Part shown: positions 11,415 to 23,548 of the stretch, one piece after another | Numbering within the stretch: position 1 is the stretch's first letter | Layout: every line of letters begins with the position of its first letter | Source: Eledone cirrhosa | Taxonomy: Eukaryota | Direction of reading: 5' to 3' | Assembly: GCA_964016885.1 (NCBI GenBank) | Contig: OZ024742.1 | Span: forward strand, 296,918,001-296,982,000 | Length of the DNA stretch: 64,000 nucleotides | Notes under the pieces: model-generated | Databases searched by the model: none | The model's input: the letters and a program-made list of their open reading frames with translations, nothing else | Told to the model about the DNA's origin: nothing | Position numbers and translations under genes: made by a program

Positions 11415-14400
11415 TTAAACCTTATTTAATGTTGGTCTATATTTTTGAATAAACATATTTTCCTTATTTATTCGCATTTGTTCTGTTGTATTGTTAGCGC
11501 AAAGGTAAAATGGGAAGACTTGGAATTTGGGTGTCTTATTACTTGCGCAAATGTCTAGATATGCACTTAGTGGTATCTGTCTCGTGGTTGGATCTCGTAA
11601 TTGTTGGCGATGAACTGTCATTCTGTTTCTGAGTGTGAGTTTAGTTTGTCCTATATAATCTTCATTGCATCCTTTACATTTAATGGCATAAAGTAGATTT
11701 TTTGATGAGCAAGTGAAGTGATTTTTTACAGTAAAATTTTGTCCTGATTTAAATGTATACGTGTTGCCTTCAATGAGGTGAGTGCAGGTTCCATAATTAG
11801 AGCGACCACACTTTTTGATACTTGGTTGTGGGTTTGTGGTAGGTAATTTGGCATTGGTGAGTAATGTTTTCAGTGATTTTGGTTGTCTTTTGCTTTTGAT
11901 TATTTTGTGTGTTTCAAGAGCTTTTTTCATTCTTGGGTTTTGTTTTATTAGTGGGATGTTATTGTGAATAGTGTTGTAAGCTTCCGCATTTCTTGAGTTG
12001 TGTGTTGAGATATATGATAGAATATTGGACGTACCTTGAATTTGTTTCTGTTTCCGTAATTCATCAATGCCTATTGCTTTAGCCCTTTCTATTCCATTAT
12101 TTATTAGTAATAGTGGGTACTCTCTCTCAAGTAGAACTTCCTTTAATTCTTGAAGTCTTTTATTTCGCGTTTCATAACTGGAGACAATTGTGCAAATTCT
12201 TCTTGCTAGGTTAAAAGGAATGTTCGTCTTCGTGTGCTTTGGATGGTTTGAGGTGAATAGCAGATATTGTTTGGAATCTGTTGGTTTGTAGTGTATGTCA
12301 GTTTCGATATTTGTGTCTTTTTTTGTGATTAAGATGTCCAGAAATGGGAGTTGATCTTGGCTGTATTCCATTGTGAATTGGATGTGGTTATTGATGCCGT
12401 TTATTAAGTTTTTGAAATCCTTCAGTTGGTCGAGTGTGTGGGACCAAAGAATGAGGCAATCATCCAAGTAGCGTTTCCAATTCTCTGATAAATATTTGTG
12501 GAAGTTCAATCCGTATTTTGATTTGGACTGTTCATATATCTGGACTTCTAAGTATGCCATGACTAAGTTGGCATAAGTTGGAGCGGCTTTTGTGCCCATC
12601 GCAGTCCCCGATATTTGCTTGTAAGTATTGCCATCGAAATCAAAAATGTTGTTCTGTAGGGTGAATTTTAATCCCTCGGTGATGAAGCTTTTTTCTATTC
12701 TGTCAGGTATCTCATTGGGATATTTCTCTAGCCAGAATCCTATTGCTTCTAGTCCGTATTGGTGTGGGATCGTTGTGTAGAGATTTACTACATCGAAAGA
12801 CACAATAATAGTGTCGTTGTTGACATGTTTGGGGAGGTGGTTTAAGAGGTCCAGATCGTCTCTTACAAGGCTTGGTATGTGTTTCAGTATTGGTTTCAGT
12901 AGTATGTCTATAAAGTTGCTCAATCTGTGTGTTTCACATTGTGGGCCCGCTACAATTGGTCTTAATTTAAGGTCTGTGGGGTATTGTGTGTTCACGCAGG
13001 CTGAGGTGGATTGTTTACAGGCATCGTTGATTATTTTACATTTGTGGATCTTCGGAAGTCCGTAAAGGTTGCTGGTTTTGTATTCAAAATTTGTTAAATA
13101 ATCGCGTTCCTTTTTAGTTAGGTCTTCCTGGTATCGATAAATCAGTGTGTTTAATTTGGTCATTATTTTTGATTGCTGGTAGTTTTTTACTCTTTTATAG
13201 TAATTAGCATTTTGTAAGAGAGAGAACATAGAATTTTTATATTTTTCAGCCTCCATAATGACAACAGTACTTCCCTTGTCCGCTTCCTTAATTACAATGT
13301 CCGGATTGTTTTTTAGTTCATGGATAATCTCCCATTCCCTTCGACTTGTGTTGGGTTTGGGTTTAGGTTGCGGTAGTTCATGGTATGGGAAGGTAGCTAT
13401 GTGGTCACAAAATTTGTCCAGAACTCTGTTTCTACCTTTTGTTGGGTTGTAGCTGCTTTTATTCCGTACAATTGATTCGTCGTTATTCTCCTTGTCAAAG
13501 AATTCCTCTGTGAGACGTAATTTTTTACAGAAGTGTGAGATATCGTCATTTATCTCGTTGGGGTTAGGATATTGTGGTGTTGGTGTGAATTTCAGACCTT
13601 TGGAGAGAATTTTTACTTGTTGGGCTGAGAGGTTTGTATTTGAAATGTTAATTATTTTCGGTTTTTAAAAATCGGTTTGTGCCACCGGGTGTCGTGAGTC
13701 CTGTAGCCTTGGTCTAAAAATGATTTTTCTGGAATGTTTTTTCATTGGTATTATTATATCTAATGGTATTTCCCCTGTTGTTGTGTGGTCTTGTATAGAA
13801 GTTTCGGACGTATTGAGGTTCGGTTTGTTGATAGTCCGGGTTGTAGATTTGGTTCCTTTGTGTGGGTTGGGATCTATGGTTTTGGAACAGGCTCTGTGTG
13901 GGCAGGGGTCTACGGTTTTGGAATAGGTTTTGTGTGGGTTGTGATCTGCGGATCAGGTCCTGCCTTGTGTTCGGGGATCTTTGGTTTTTGTTAGTAGGGT
14001 TATAGTTTTGCCTATGGTTTCTGGGATTATCGTTATAGTTTTGCTGGGGGTATGTTGGACGTTTTGTTACTTTTTTTGTTATTTGTTGTGCATGTGGTGT
14101 GTGAGTTTTAGTTTGTTTTAAAAATGGGTTACCTGTATGTTGTTCATTTTTGAAGTCCATTTCGTAGTTGTTGAACCAGGTGGCGTTTTTTTCCCATCGC
14201 TGGAGGGATGTGAGTTCTTCATCCTCACAGTTTTCTTTCCAAAGTTTTAGGGGTTTTTTTGTAGAGTAGGCCTTCAGAGTGCTTTGAGATTTCTGTGTCC
14301 ATCTGTTGGTCGAGTGACTTGAATTTTTCTTCGTTGGAGTTGGCTCTTAATCGCAACAGTTCTATTTCTGTTTTAAATTTTTCCAATGCCATCTTTTCCC

Positions 14401-14854
14401 TAAGTCTTTGTTGGTTTTCTGGTTCATTCGGGATGGGTTTTATTTGGATTTTTTTGGGGAGGATGATTGGGGTAGAGTTTAGCCACTTTTCATATATGTC
14501 TGCCTTGCCATTATTTTTTAGGAGATTCCAAAGGGCGAATTTGCGGGCTGTGAGCTTTTGAGTCCATATGTTGATTAGGGTGTTTTTCACTGAGTGGACA
14601 TCTCGTAGATTGGGTTCTAACGGTTGTTCAAGCTTTTGGAGCATTGCTGTTTCAATGGTTTCGATTAGCTTAGTTAATACTGGAGTAATATTCGTCTCTT
14701 GGGTATTTTCTGTTTCTTCGTGGGGTCCTTTTTTATAGATGTGTATTTGGTCCACTTTGTTGGTCAAAATTGAGAGTTTAGAGGAAATCTCTTTGAGTTC
14801 ATTTAAGATGTCCTGGTTCAGTAAGTTGTTGTTTTGTTGAGACTTTGGTGGCAT
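11415..14854 (-). pseudogene. PLE polyprotein: N-terminal region, RT, Cys linker, GIY-YIG endonuclease (broken near 14250 and 13665-13715)
   Basis: LSKGLKF, ADKG, YGLPKIHK, RPIVA, FDVVNLYT, GTAMGT, RYLDD, PFLDI, KKCGRSNYGTC, YAIKCKGCNEDYIGQT..LRNRMTVH. The frame is open from ~13660 to 11415. Confidence 0.93.
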
Positions 14855-15019
14855 TTTCGGTCTTCGTGTGGTGGGTATATATTAGAAAGTGAGGTTTTTT
14901 TTACAAAATGAAAAATAACCGAGGTGTCCTACACGAGTGGAAGTATAAAGAAAAAGGGATGAAATCGAAAATGCAACTGAAGTCTTATTTTTTTTTTAAA
15001 TATATACATTTATTTGGTT

Positions 15020-15057
15020 CCTTTACCGGTTTCGCAGTTCTTCTGCTTTTCAAAAGG
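15020..15057 (-). ncRNA. Minimal hammerhead ribozyme, U3-A8 variant (5' pLTR)
   Basis: Identical to 10336-10373. Confidence 0.8.
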
Positions 15058-15784
15058 TGAGTTGAGATGGAGGGTCTGTGGTTTTTCTCACATCTGGTTG
15101 GTCTCTAAATGTTACTTGTTTTATATGGAAAAAGTGGCTCGAAAACCAGGTTTTTCGAGAAGTAATTTGATTGGTTTGTCAATAATTATAATAAATTTCG
15201 CGCCAGTTCGCGTTACAATAGTTCTTCAAATAAGAGAGGGGGGGGGGGTGTCACAGGTTGTTTTTTCATATATGAGTGTTTGAATTTCTTCAGTCTCAAT
15301 AGAAAATCTGAACTCTGACACCTGAACTCTGACAGCTGGCCATATTCACTGAACCAGAATATTTCTCTCAATCCCTTTTCCCTTGACCACTATCTCTCCA
15401 TTGTCATAACATTCACTATAAAGACTACAGAATAGTTTTCCAAATAAGGGCGCAAAAATGTAATGAAAACTTGTTCACGTGACAGCCAAATTTCATTTAT
15501 AACCAACCAAAAAAAAGCCTTCATGAGCCTCATTTTTTCAAGTAAAAAGAAATTCAAACACTCATATATGAAAAAACAACCTGTGACAACCCCCCCCCCC
15601 CCCCTCTCTTATTTGAAGAACCATTGTAACGCGAACTGGCGCGAAATTTATTATAATTATTGACAAACCAATCAAATTACTTCTCGAAAAACCTGGTTTT
15701 CGAGCCACTTTTTCCATATAAAACAAGTAACATTTAGAGACCAACCAGATGTAAGAAAAACCACAGACCCTCCATCTCAACTCA

Positions 15785-15822
15785 CCTTTTGAAAAGCAGA
15801 AAAACTGCGAAACCGGTAAAGG
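15785..15822 (+). ncRNA. Minimal hammerhead ribozyme, U3-A8 variant (inverted pLTR)
   Basis: cctt TTGAAAA gcag-aaaaa-ctgc GAAA ccgGTA aagg. Confidence 0.8.
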
Positions 15823-15891
15823 AACCAAATAAATATATATATTTTTTAAAAAAATAAGACTTCAGTTGCATTTTCGATTTCATCCCTTTTT

Positions 15892-15933
<42 letters not shown>

Positions 15934-15958
15934 CAAACTTGATTGTCACAACTGAATA

Positions 15959-15997
15959 TGAACCTGAAGATTGCGAAAGCATGAAAGTACTTGTTCA
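15959..15997 (+). ncRNA. Minimal hammerhead ribozyme in a short solo pLTR fragment (~15930-16110)
   Basis: tgaac CTGAAGA ttgc-gaaa-gcat GAAA gtaCTT gttca; stem I 5 bp; palindrome aagtactt. Confidence 0.72.
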
Positions 15998-16483
15998 ATT
16001 AACGCTTAACATTTAATATTATACCATACTATTTCATTATAATATCATTATAATTTTAAAGGATTGTAAATAAAACGAGTAAATCAGACAAATTTGGAAT
16101 TCCTTTTATTATTATATATATATATAGATACAGATGGATAGATAGATATATAGATACACACATAGATACATAGATGAAAATTAATAGCACACATTTATAA
16201 TGCTTACTAACCTAAGTCTATCTAATTATCTCAAATTGTAAATGAATACATGTAAATATTGAAATATTTATCATAAGTAAATAGATGACGATAGTTCATT
16301 GAAATTAGTTACACATATTATTTTACGCAGACATGGCTTTAGGGTTACAGAATTTGCTTCACAACCATGTGGTTTCAGCTTCATTCCTTCTTTATGTCAC
16401 TTTGGGAATGTGACTTCTACTATAGCCTTAGTTTGACTAATGCTTTTTGACTGAAAGCTATGATGCGGAATCTGTGTGGATTT

Positions 16484-16592
16484 CATCATCATCATTTCAT
16501 TTTACGTCCGCTTTTCCCTGCTAGCAAGGGTGGGACGGGAACTGATTCTGGCTTGATTTCTACAGCTGGATGCCCTTCCTAACACCAACCTC
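16484..16592 (-). mobile_element. SINE 3' part with RTE family B tail
   Basis: Reverse complement of 31518-31620 (ggtgttaggaagggcatccagctgtag...ggaaaagcggacgtaaaatga). Confidence 0.75.
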
Positions 16593-16657
16593 TATATGTA
16601 TACAATTACACACACACACATATATGTGTATATATGTGTGTGTATATATATATATAT

Positions 16658-16710
<53 letters not shown>

Positions 16711-16726
<16 letters not shown>

Positions 16727-16917
16727 AATTGTTTCTACTTTTGGCACTAGGCCAGCAATTACCCAGTACATTACCGGTACTTTATTTTATCGACCCCCGT
16801 AAGGATGAAAGGCAACATTAACCTCGGCGGGATTTGAACTCAGAATGGCAAGGGCCGTAACTATATGCGTCAAAGCATGGCGTCCGACCCTCTACCGATA
16901 TTGTCAATCCACTGCGC
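16711..16917 (-). mobile_element. tRNA-derived SINE with Nin/Deu-type core, (TTA)n tail
   Basis: Minus-strand core gcctttcatccttacgggggtcgataaaataaagtacc; related copies at 28875-29062, 41681-41905, 47929-48050, 54315-54433. Confidence 0.8.
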
Positions 16918-17152
16918 TTTAGAATAATATAATACTAATAATAATAATAGATGTGTAGAGAAAGAACTATGATATAATATATTAGATGCCTATAGCTGCA
17001 GCATAGTGAGTTCAATGCTTAGAGATGCGATGTTAGATATGATAGTGAGGTTAATATTTAATGAGAGTTAAGTGCAGAACGTAAGCAGAGGAAGTATAAG
17101 TAAATCTTGTTTTTAAATGTATTGCCTTCTCCTCCATATAGTTTTCAAAGCG

Positions 17153-17238
17153 TTAACATATCTGAGGACTTTGTAAATGCAGAGTAAGGTTCGATCTGTA
17201 TTGAGCTGATTGTTAGAGAAACATATGTAATATGTTAA
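17153..17238 (+). ncRNA. Type I hammerhead ribozyme with extended stem II, in solo pLTR fragment (~16950-17285)
   Basis: ttaacatat CTGAGGA c...aatgcaga/tctgtatt...a GAAA catatGTA atatgttaa; 9-bp stem I; palindrome acatatgt. Confidence 0.75.
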
Positions 17239-17295
17239 TAAATTGTGTTGTGATGCATCACTGATTCCTTGTTATCTATAATATATATATATATA

Positions 17296-19389
17296 GCACA
17301 ATATAGAGGAACAGTGGGAATTCCTGAAAGCTAACCTGCTGATGGCGGCAGACGAAGTCTGTGGCTGGAGCAGGCCTGTAGGCGGGAGGAGAGTAACACG
17401 GTGGTGGAACAGTAAGGTGGAGGAGTCAATTAAGGCCAAAAAGCAGGCTTGGAAAGTATGGCGGGATGGGGGAAGTAGAGAAGACTATCAAGTGGCCAGG
17501 AGAAAAGCTAGGAGACAAGTGTACTTCGCAAGAAGAGAAGCAGAGGAAAGAAAGTTCAAGCATGTTCTATAACGTGAGGACCAAAAACGTGAGCAGGATT
17601 GCTAGGCAATGTGTCAAGGAAAACCGTGATATTGTCGGGGAGAAGTGTGTCCTTAATGATGATGGCGTACTTGCCATCACTGACGCTGATAAGAAGGTAG
17701 CTTGGAAGTGTCACTACGAAAGGCTTCTAAATGAGGAGAATAAATGGGAGAAAGACAGTCTCCCCCACATCGACCCAATAGAGGGACCAGCAGTGTTAGT
17801 CGAAGGTAGTATAATAAGTAAGGCAATCAAGGATATGAAGACGGGTAAGGCGGCTGGGCCTAAGGAAATAGTTGCTGAGATGCTGAAAGCCTCTGGAATG
17901 GTGGGACACACCATGGTCACCCGGATAGTAAACCAAGTCATACAGAATGGGGTTGTTCCGAAGGACTGGCGTAGCAGCATCATCATTAACTGTTACAAGG
18001 GTAAAGGAGATGCCCTAGATAGGAGTAACTATAGAGGTATTAAATTAATCGACCAGGTCATGCAGGTCACAGAAAAAGTAATAGCGCAACTAATCAGAGA
18101 GAGAATTGATCTAGATGAAATGCAGTTCGGGTTTGTGTCAGGCAAAAGTACCACAGACGCACTTTTCATTGTACGACAACTACAGGAGAAGTACCTAGCT
18201 AAAAGTAAATCCCTATACTTAGCTTTTGTTGACTTGGAGGAAGCCTTCGACAGAGTCCCCCGTTCCATTATCTGGTGGGCTCTTAGTAAACTAGGTGTTG
18301 AAGAATGGCTTGTGAGAGCTATACAAGCCATGTATAAAGAAACAGTCAGCAAGGTTAGAATTAACAACGAATATAGTGAAGAGTTTAGCGTAAAAGTTGG
18401 TGTTCATCAGGGCTCTGTTCTTAGCCCCCTACTATTTATTATTGCCCTTCAGGTTATAACAGTGGAGTTTAAGACTGGCTGCCCATGGGAACTCCTATAC
18501 GCAGATGATCTAACGCTCATAGCTGAATCAATGGCCGAGCTAGAGAAGAAATTCCAAACATGGAAGCACGGCCTAGAATCAAAAGGCCTTAAAATTAACC
18601 TGGCTAAGACTAAAGTTCTAGTTTGTAGGAAAGAAAATAAGGCGGCGGTCCCTTCCGGGAAATGGCCATGCTCAGTGTGTAGGAAAGGCGTAGGTAGAAA
18701 CTCCATTTTATGTCCCAAATGCAAAGTATGGGTGCAGAAAAGATGTAGTGGGATCACAGGTAAGCTAACTAAGAACTTAGATTTTACATGTGGGCGGTGC
18801 TCTGGTGCAATAAGTAGCAGCGAGTGCCCACAAAATACTAACTCTTTCAATTGCGCAGAGGGCTCTATAGAAATAGTGGACAGCTTCCGTTACCTGGGTG
18901 ACAAAATCAGCAGTGGGGGAGGGTGCTCCGAAAGTACAGTAGCTAGTGTCAGAACTGGATGGAAAAAGTTCAGAGAGCTTATACCACTATTAGCCGCTAA
19001 AGGGTTCTCCCTAAAAATGAAAGGCAGGTTGTATGATGCCTGCATACGAAAAAGTTCAGAGAGCTTATACCACTATTAGCCGCCCCTTTCAATGTAAAGT
19101 TACGTTGGTGCCACAACATCCAGGCCGAAACAAATGAGATCGTGTAGGTGTCACGACAAAAAAACACACAGTCCACGCTGTAATGTGGCCGTGTAGGCAA
19201 CACGGTAAAAACTCCCAGTTCCACACTGTAAATGTGGTTGGTGTTAGGAAGGGTATCCAGCTGTAGAAAACCCGCCACACAGTCCTATGCGAGCAAGACA
19301 ACCACTCTTGCCTCAAGTGGGAAAACTCCCGTCCAAACCCATGCAAGCGTGGAACATGGACGTTAAATGATGATGATGATGATGATGAT
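17296..19389 (+). mobile_element. 5'-truncated RTE family A LINE with RT and PHD insert; deletion before the 3' UTR
   Basis: 537-aa ORF 17466-19079 highly similar to the 1107-2360 copy; RVTRWWN upstream; 3' UTR 19092-19389 matches 2862-3164. Confidence 0.95.
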
Positions 19390-19500
19390 TCAAATATATA
19401 TTATTAATTTCCCTAAATAAATACTTTCTAACATTTATTTCATATAGCTCACTACCAAGATATCCTAGCTCTATCTCCCATCATATATGTATGTATATAT

Positions 19501-20005
19501 CATCATCACTGTTTAATGTAAATTTTTTCATGCTGGTATAGGTTAGACGGATTATCATGTTGTGAGCAATGCTAGGTCAGGTGACCATGTCAAGTTCATA
19601 CAGAACCGATTTAGGCTTGGTTTCTACAGCTGGATGGCTTTCTTAGTGCCAACCTCATTTACAGTGAGTACTGGGTGCTTTTTGTTGTGACACCTACACG
19701 ACCACTTTATAGTGCGGGCTGGGTGCCTTTTTCCGCAATGCGACCACTTTACAGTGTGGTAGGTGTGCTTTTTGCCGTGACACCTAAATGACCACTTTAT
19801 AGTGCGGGCTGGGCGCTTTTTGCTGTACACGGCCACTTTACAGTTTGGACCAAGTGCTTTTTGCCGTGACACCTACACGTCCACTTTACAGTGTGGGGTG
19901 GGCGTTTTTTGCCATGTCACCATCACAACTACTTTACAATGTGGGCTGGGCGCCTTTTGTTGTGTTACCATCATGACCACTTTACAGTGTGGACTGGATT
20001 TTTTC
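19501..20005 (-). mobile_element. SINE-like element with ~7 tandem ~50-bp units and RTE-type tail
   Basis: Repeated accactttacagtgtgggctgggyrctttttgccgtgacacc units; tttctacagctggatg core; (CAT)n at the left end. Confidence 0.75.
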
Positions 20006-20216
20006 TGCAGGAAAGAACAAAAGAGAGACATAAAATAAGAAATCAGTCACTGAAGAGGTTATAGAATCTGTGACAAAAGAGCTTTGATAATATATAAACA
20101 GCCCTCCAGTTATTGAATCAACCAACCACAAATTTATAATAAATTGAAGTGAAAACCAACATGTGCATATGTTTTTATTGGTAGCATGACCCTCCCAAAT
20201 TATAACAATATATATT
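20006..20216 (+). mobile_element. PLE pLTR fragment with degenerate hammerhead (20046-20088; GAAA to AAAA)
   Basis: Homologous to 24410-24645 (cagtcactgaagagg...gaccctcccaaat). Confidence 0.6.
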
Positions 20217-20413
20217 GAGAGAGAGAGAGAGAGATAGACATATGAAAAGAATCAGGATTCCGACAGCTGAGCTCTGGCCATTTTAACAGCTCGTTTGGAT
20301 CTAGCTGTTAAAACTGCCGGAGTTCAGCCGTCGGGGTCATATTACCCACTCTACTACCCCAAGTATTGAGTACTCTGATGCATTATGGTTCACCTGGTAT
20401 CTTACCACACCCT

Positions 20414-20450
<37 letters not shown>

Positions 20451-20539
20451 ACGATATACATAAATACATACATGCATACATACATACACAGACACACACA
20501 TATATACATACATACATACATATATACATACATATATTT

Positions 20540-21470
20540 CACTGATAAAATAAAATATCGCAGGTTTTATATTTCAGGGGGACAGTCTCTCTGTGATATT
20601 ATTCATCTTGTCATTAAACCCATTGTCCTTTCTGCTCAAGAAATGTGAGGATACATCATTGGCTCACAGGAGGACAGAAATACGAACCTAACCCATAATT
20701 TCTTTGTGGACGATCTGAAACTCTATGCCAAGAACATGGATGGGATGAAGAAAAATCTTGACCTGGTACAAACGTACTCAAAGGATATAGGAATGGTGTT
20801 TGGCCAAGATAAATGCTCATACATGACTGTAAAGCGAGGAAAAACAACAACCCAATCTAGCACCATTGTCATCAATGGCCTAACTGTTTCGCCGATATCT
20901 GATGAGGACTGCTACAGATACCTGGGGATAGATGAGAACATATCCTATAATGGTATCTGTAATAAGGAACGTGTAACCTGGGAATACTACACCCAATTAA
21001 GAAAGATTTGGTCATCGGAACTCTCTGCGCAAAACAAAACAGTGGCTCACAATGTGTTTGCTGTGCCTGTCCTAACACCAATGTTTGGAATAGTCAATTG
21101 GACAATAGACGAAATCCGAGCAGTTGATGTTGGAACTCGAAAAATACTAATGGCACAGGGAGAAGAAAGCATGCAGAGTAGTGGAAATTAACTGCCCAGT
21201 AGATGCCAATATAATATCAAAGATTAGCGAAGAGGAGAATATTTATGCAGATCTGATGAGAAATCTGCAGATACTCCACCCTGATTACACCTTCATATTT
21301 ATGCCTGTGATTATTGGGGCACTGGGTATGTTAGTAACTGCCTCAATACAAATCTTGAGAAGCTAGACTTCACAGGAACAGAAAGAACACAACTAGTTAC
21401 GAAATTACAAGTACAATCCATTAATGGAACAGTAAAAATATGTAAAACATTCCAAAAATGTTGCATCTAA
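20540..21470 (+). mobile_element. Internally deleted R4/Dong-like (restriction-like endonuclease) non-LTR fragment
   Basis: QGDSL, FVDDLKLYAK, DIGMVFGQDKC, YRYLGI, NKTVAHNVFAVPVL..FGIVNWT; C-terminal VEINCP.D..YADL..PVIIGALG. Confidence 0.75.
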
Positions 21471-21629
21471 TAACTGCATATACACATGTACAGATACAAA
21501 GCATATACACATGCACACATACAACTCAAAATATACACATCCACACATACAATAACATCCATATCGACACATGCATGCATACATAATCTACCTAGTTGAT
21601 GTTGTGTAAATTCCAATGAGAGAGTCTTT

Positions 21630-22859
21630 CACTAAGGCTTTTAATTCTGTGCCACACAAAAGACTTATGGCGAAACTCTCTGCAATTGGTGTGAAAGATG
21701 ATCTTTTTAACTGGTTGAAATCCTTCATTCTCAGCCGAAAAGAGGGAGTCACGGTTCTAGGACAGCATTCTTCACCATATGAGATGTCATCTGGTGTACC
21801 ACAGGTATCTGTTCTTGGTCTCCTTTTGCTTGTTGCATACATTAATGACATAGATGCTAACTTAAAGAATGCCACAGTACTGAAATATGCAGATGACATC
21901 AAGCTGTACCTTGAAATCAAAAGGACAGATCCTGAAATCTATAACTCTTTCCTACAATCAGACCTGGACACAATGCAGCAATGGATCACAGACTGGCAAC
22001 TGAAGCTGACTGTGGACAAGTGTACCACCATGCATTTTGGGAGGAAAAGTCCAGCATCCACATACTCCCTCCACAACACTGATATCAAGAAGTCCTCTTG
22101 TGAACGTGACCTGGGCATTACTGTCAGCAGTGATTTGCGTTAGACAAAGCACATCTCTAAAATTGTCAAGAAGGCCAAGGGTGTCTTGGCATCACTCGGC
22201 AAGACCTTTGTTAGCCGCTCTCCAGCCATCTATTTAAAGCTGTATACAGCTATGGTACGACCACACTTGGAATTCGCATCATCAGTCTGGAACCCCTATC
22301 TTGCTCAGAACATTGACTTCCTGGAAACTGTTCAGAGACGTGCAACCAAGCGCATACCCTCCATCAGACACCTACCATACTCTGAACGGCTTGTTTCTCT
22401 GGGCATGGATTCATTGAAGCTCTGATGTCTGGCAATGAACTTGGTAAATACCCACAAAGTTATTAACTATCTCGCCAACAACAATCCTGAGCACCTTTTT
22501 GATCTCCATGTGTCTAACACACATTGACATGCCTACAAAGTCAGAAACCAGCACAGCTCCCATTACTTTCGGAAACATTCTTTCACGCTTAGAGTTGCTG
22601 AAGCATGGAACAAACTGCCTGCGTCAGTTGTTAGCTGCCGAGACACTGCATCCTTTAAAACCCTCATGCTTCCCGAAATTCGCCAAAACTACACCTGATG
22701 TCCCCCTTCCATACACATGCACACATGTGTATATCATGACTCATGCACTGTTCATTTTCCTGACGTTTGTACATTACCCTATTTATTATACATACACTTT
22801 TGATGAGTTGTAGTGCACCTGAGCACTGTACACAATATTTTCATTATTATTATTATTAT
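21630..22859 (+). mobile_element. 5'-truncated CR1-clade LINE with (TTA)n tail
   Basis: KAFNSVPHKRL, SGVPQ.SVLG, YADDIKLY, ERDLGI, MVRPHLEFASSVWNPY, VQRRATK, YSERL..LG. Confidence 0.9.
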
Positions 22860-23548
22860 GTTAGAAACCGACTCTCTCTTTATTGGGAAAAAAATTTGTG
22901 AAATTACAAAACCAGAAGAACATACATATATACATATATACATACATATATACTTACATATATACATACATATCAAGCAATTTGAACTTAAATTAACCTA
23001 CTTACACAATAGCTTCTCTTCTCTCTGGTGATTAACTCACTTGATTTTATTGTTATTTACACCAATAACTTCACAGGAAAAAGGTGGAGTTAGATGAAGA
23101 AAATAAACATGTTTTGATATGGAAATATAATACACAGCCAAACCAACAATGCCATTATAGTTATGAACTTACAATCATTGTATTGTGATCTATAGAAAGA
23201 TTGTGCAGAAAGAAAAATAAAAGTGATATAAAAAGATGAGAAATATTGAAGCATAGAGGTTTAGAATTCTAAAGTGTAATCATGTTTTCTTTTGAGATCA
23301 TATCGATTTATTTACAAAAGAAAATATTAGTAAATCAAAGAGAATAACAACAGCAGAAACAATGACAAAATATACTCGAGTGCAATACAATTTAAAAAAA
23401 ATAAACAAGACCATTTTAAGAAATTTTATGAAATATGTTATATTCTCAAAACATTCTTCATAACAATTTAGTCATTGTACAAGGTGACAACACATACACA
23501 TACAAACTCATATACATATTTATACACACACACACACACTATATATAT

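Noticed and set aside
13655-13720. Programmed -1 frameshift at TTTAAAA in the Neptune-like PLE
   Set aside because: A -1 slip on that heptamer does not enter the RT frame; homopolymer indels are the simpler explanation.
19660-20000. ~50-bp periodic repeats resembling CRISPR or iterons
   Set aside because: Whole units are homologous and belong to a dispersed SINE/RTE 3' module.
20899-20925. CTGATGA motifs at ~20899, ~21253, ~920, ~32871, ~40439 and ~62060
   Set aside because: No properly placed GAAA, NUH and stems; two lie in RT coding sequence.
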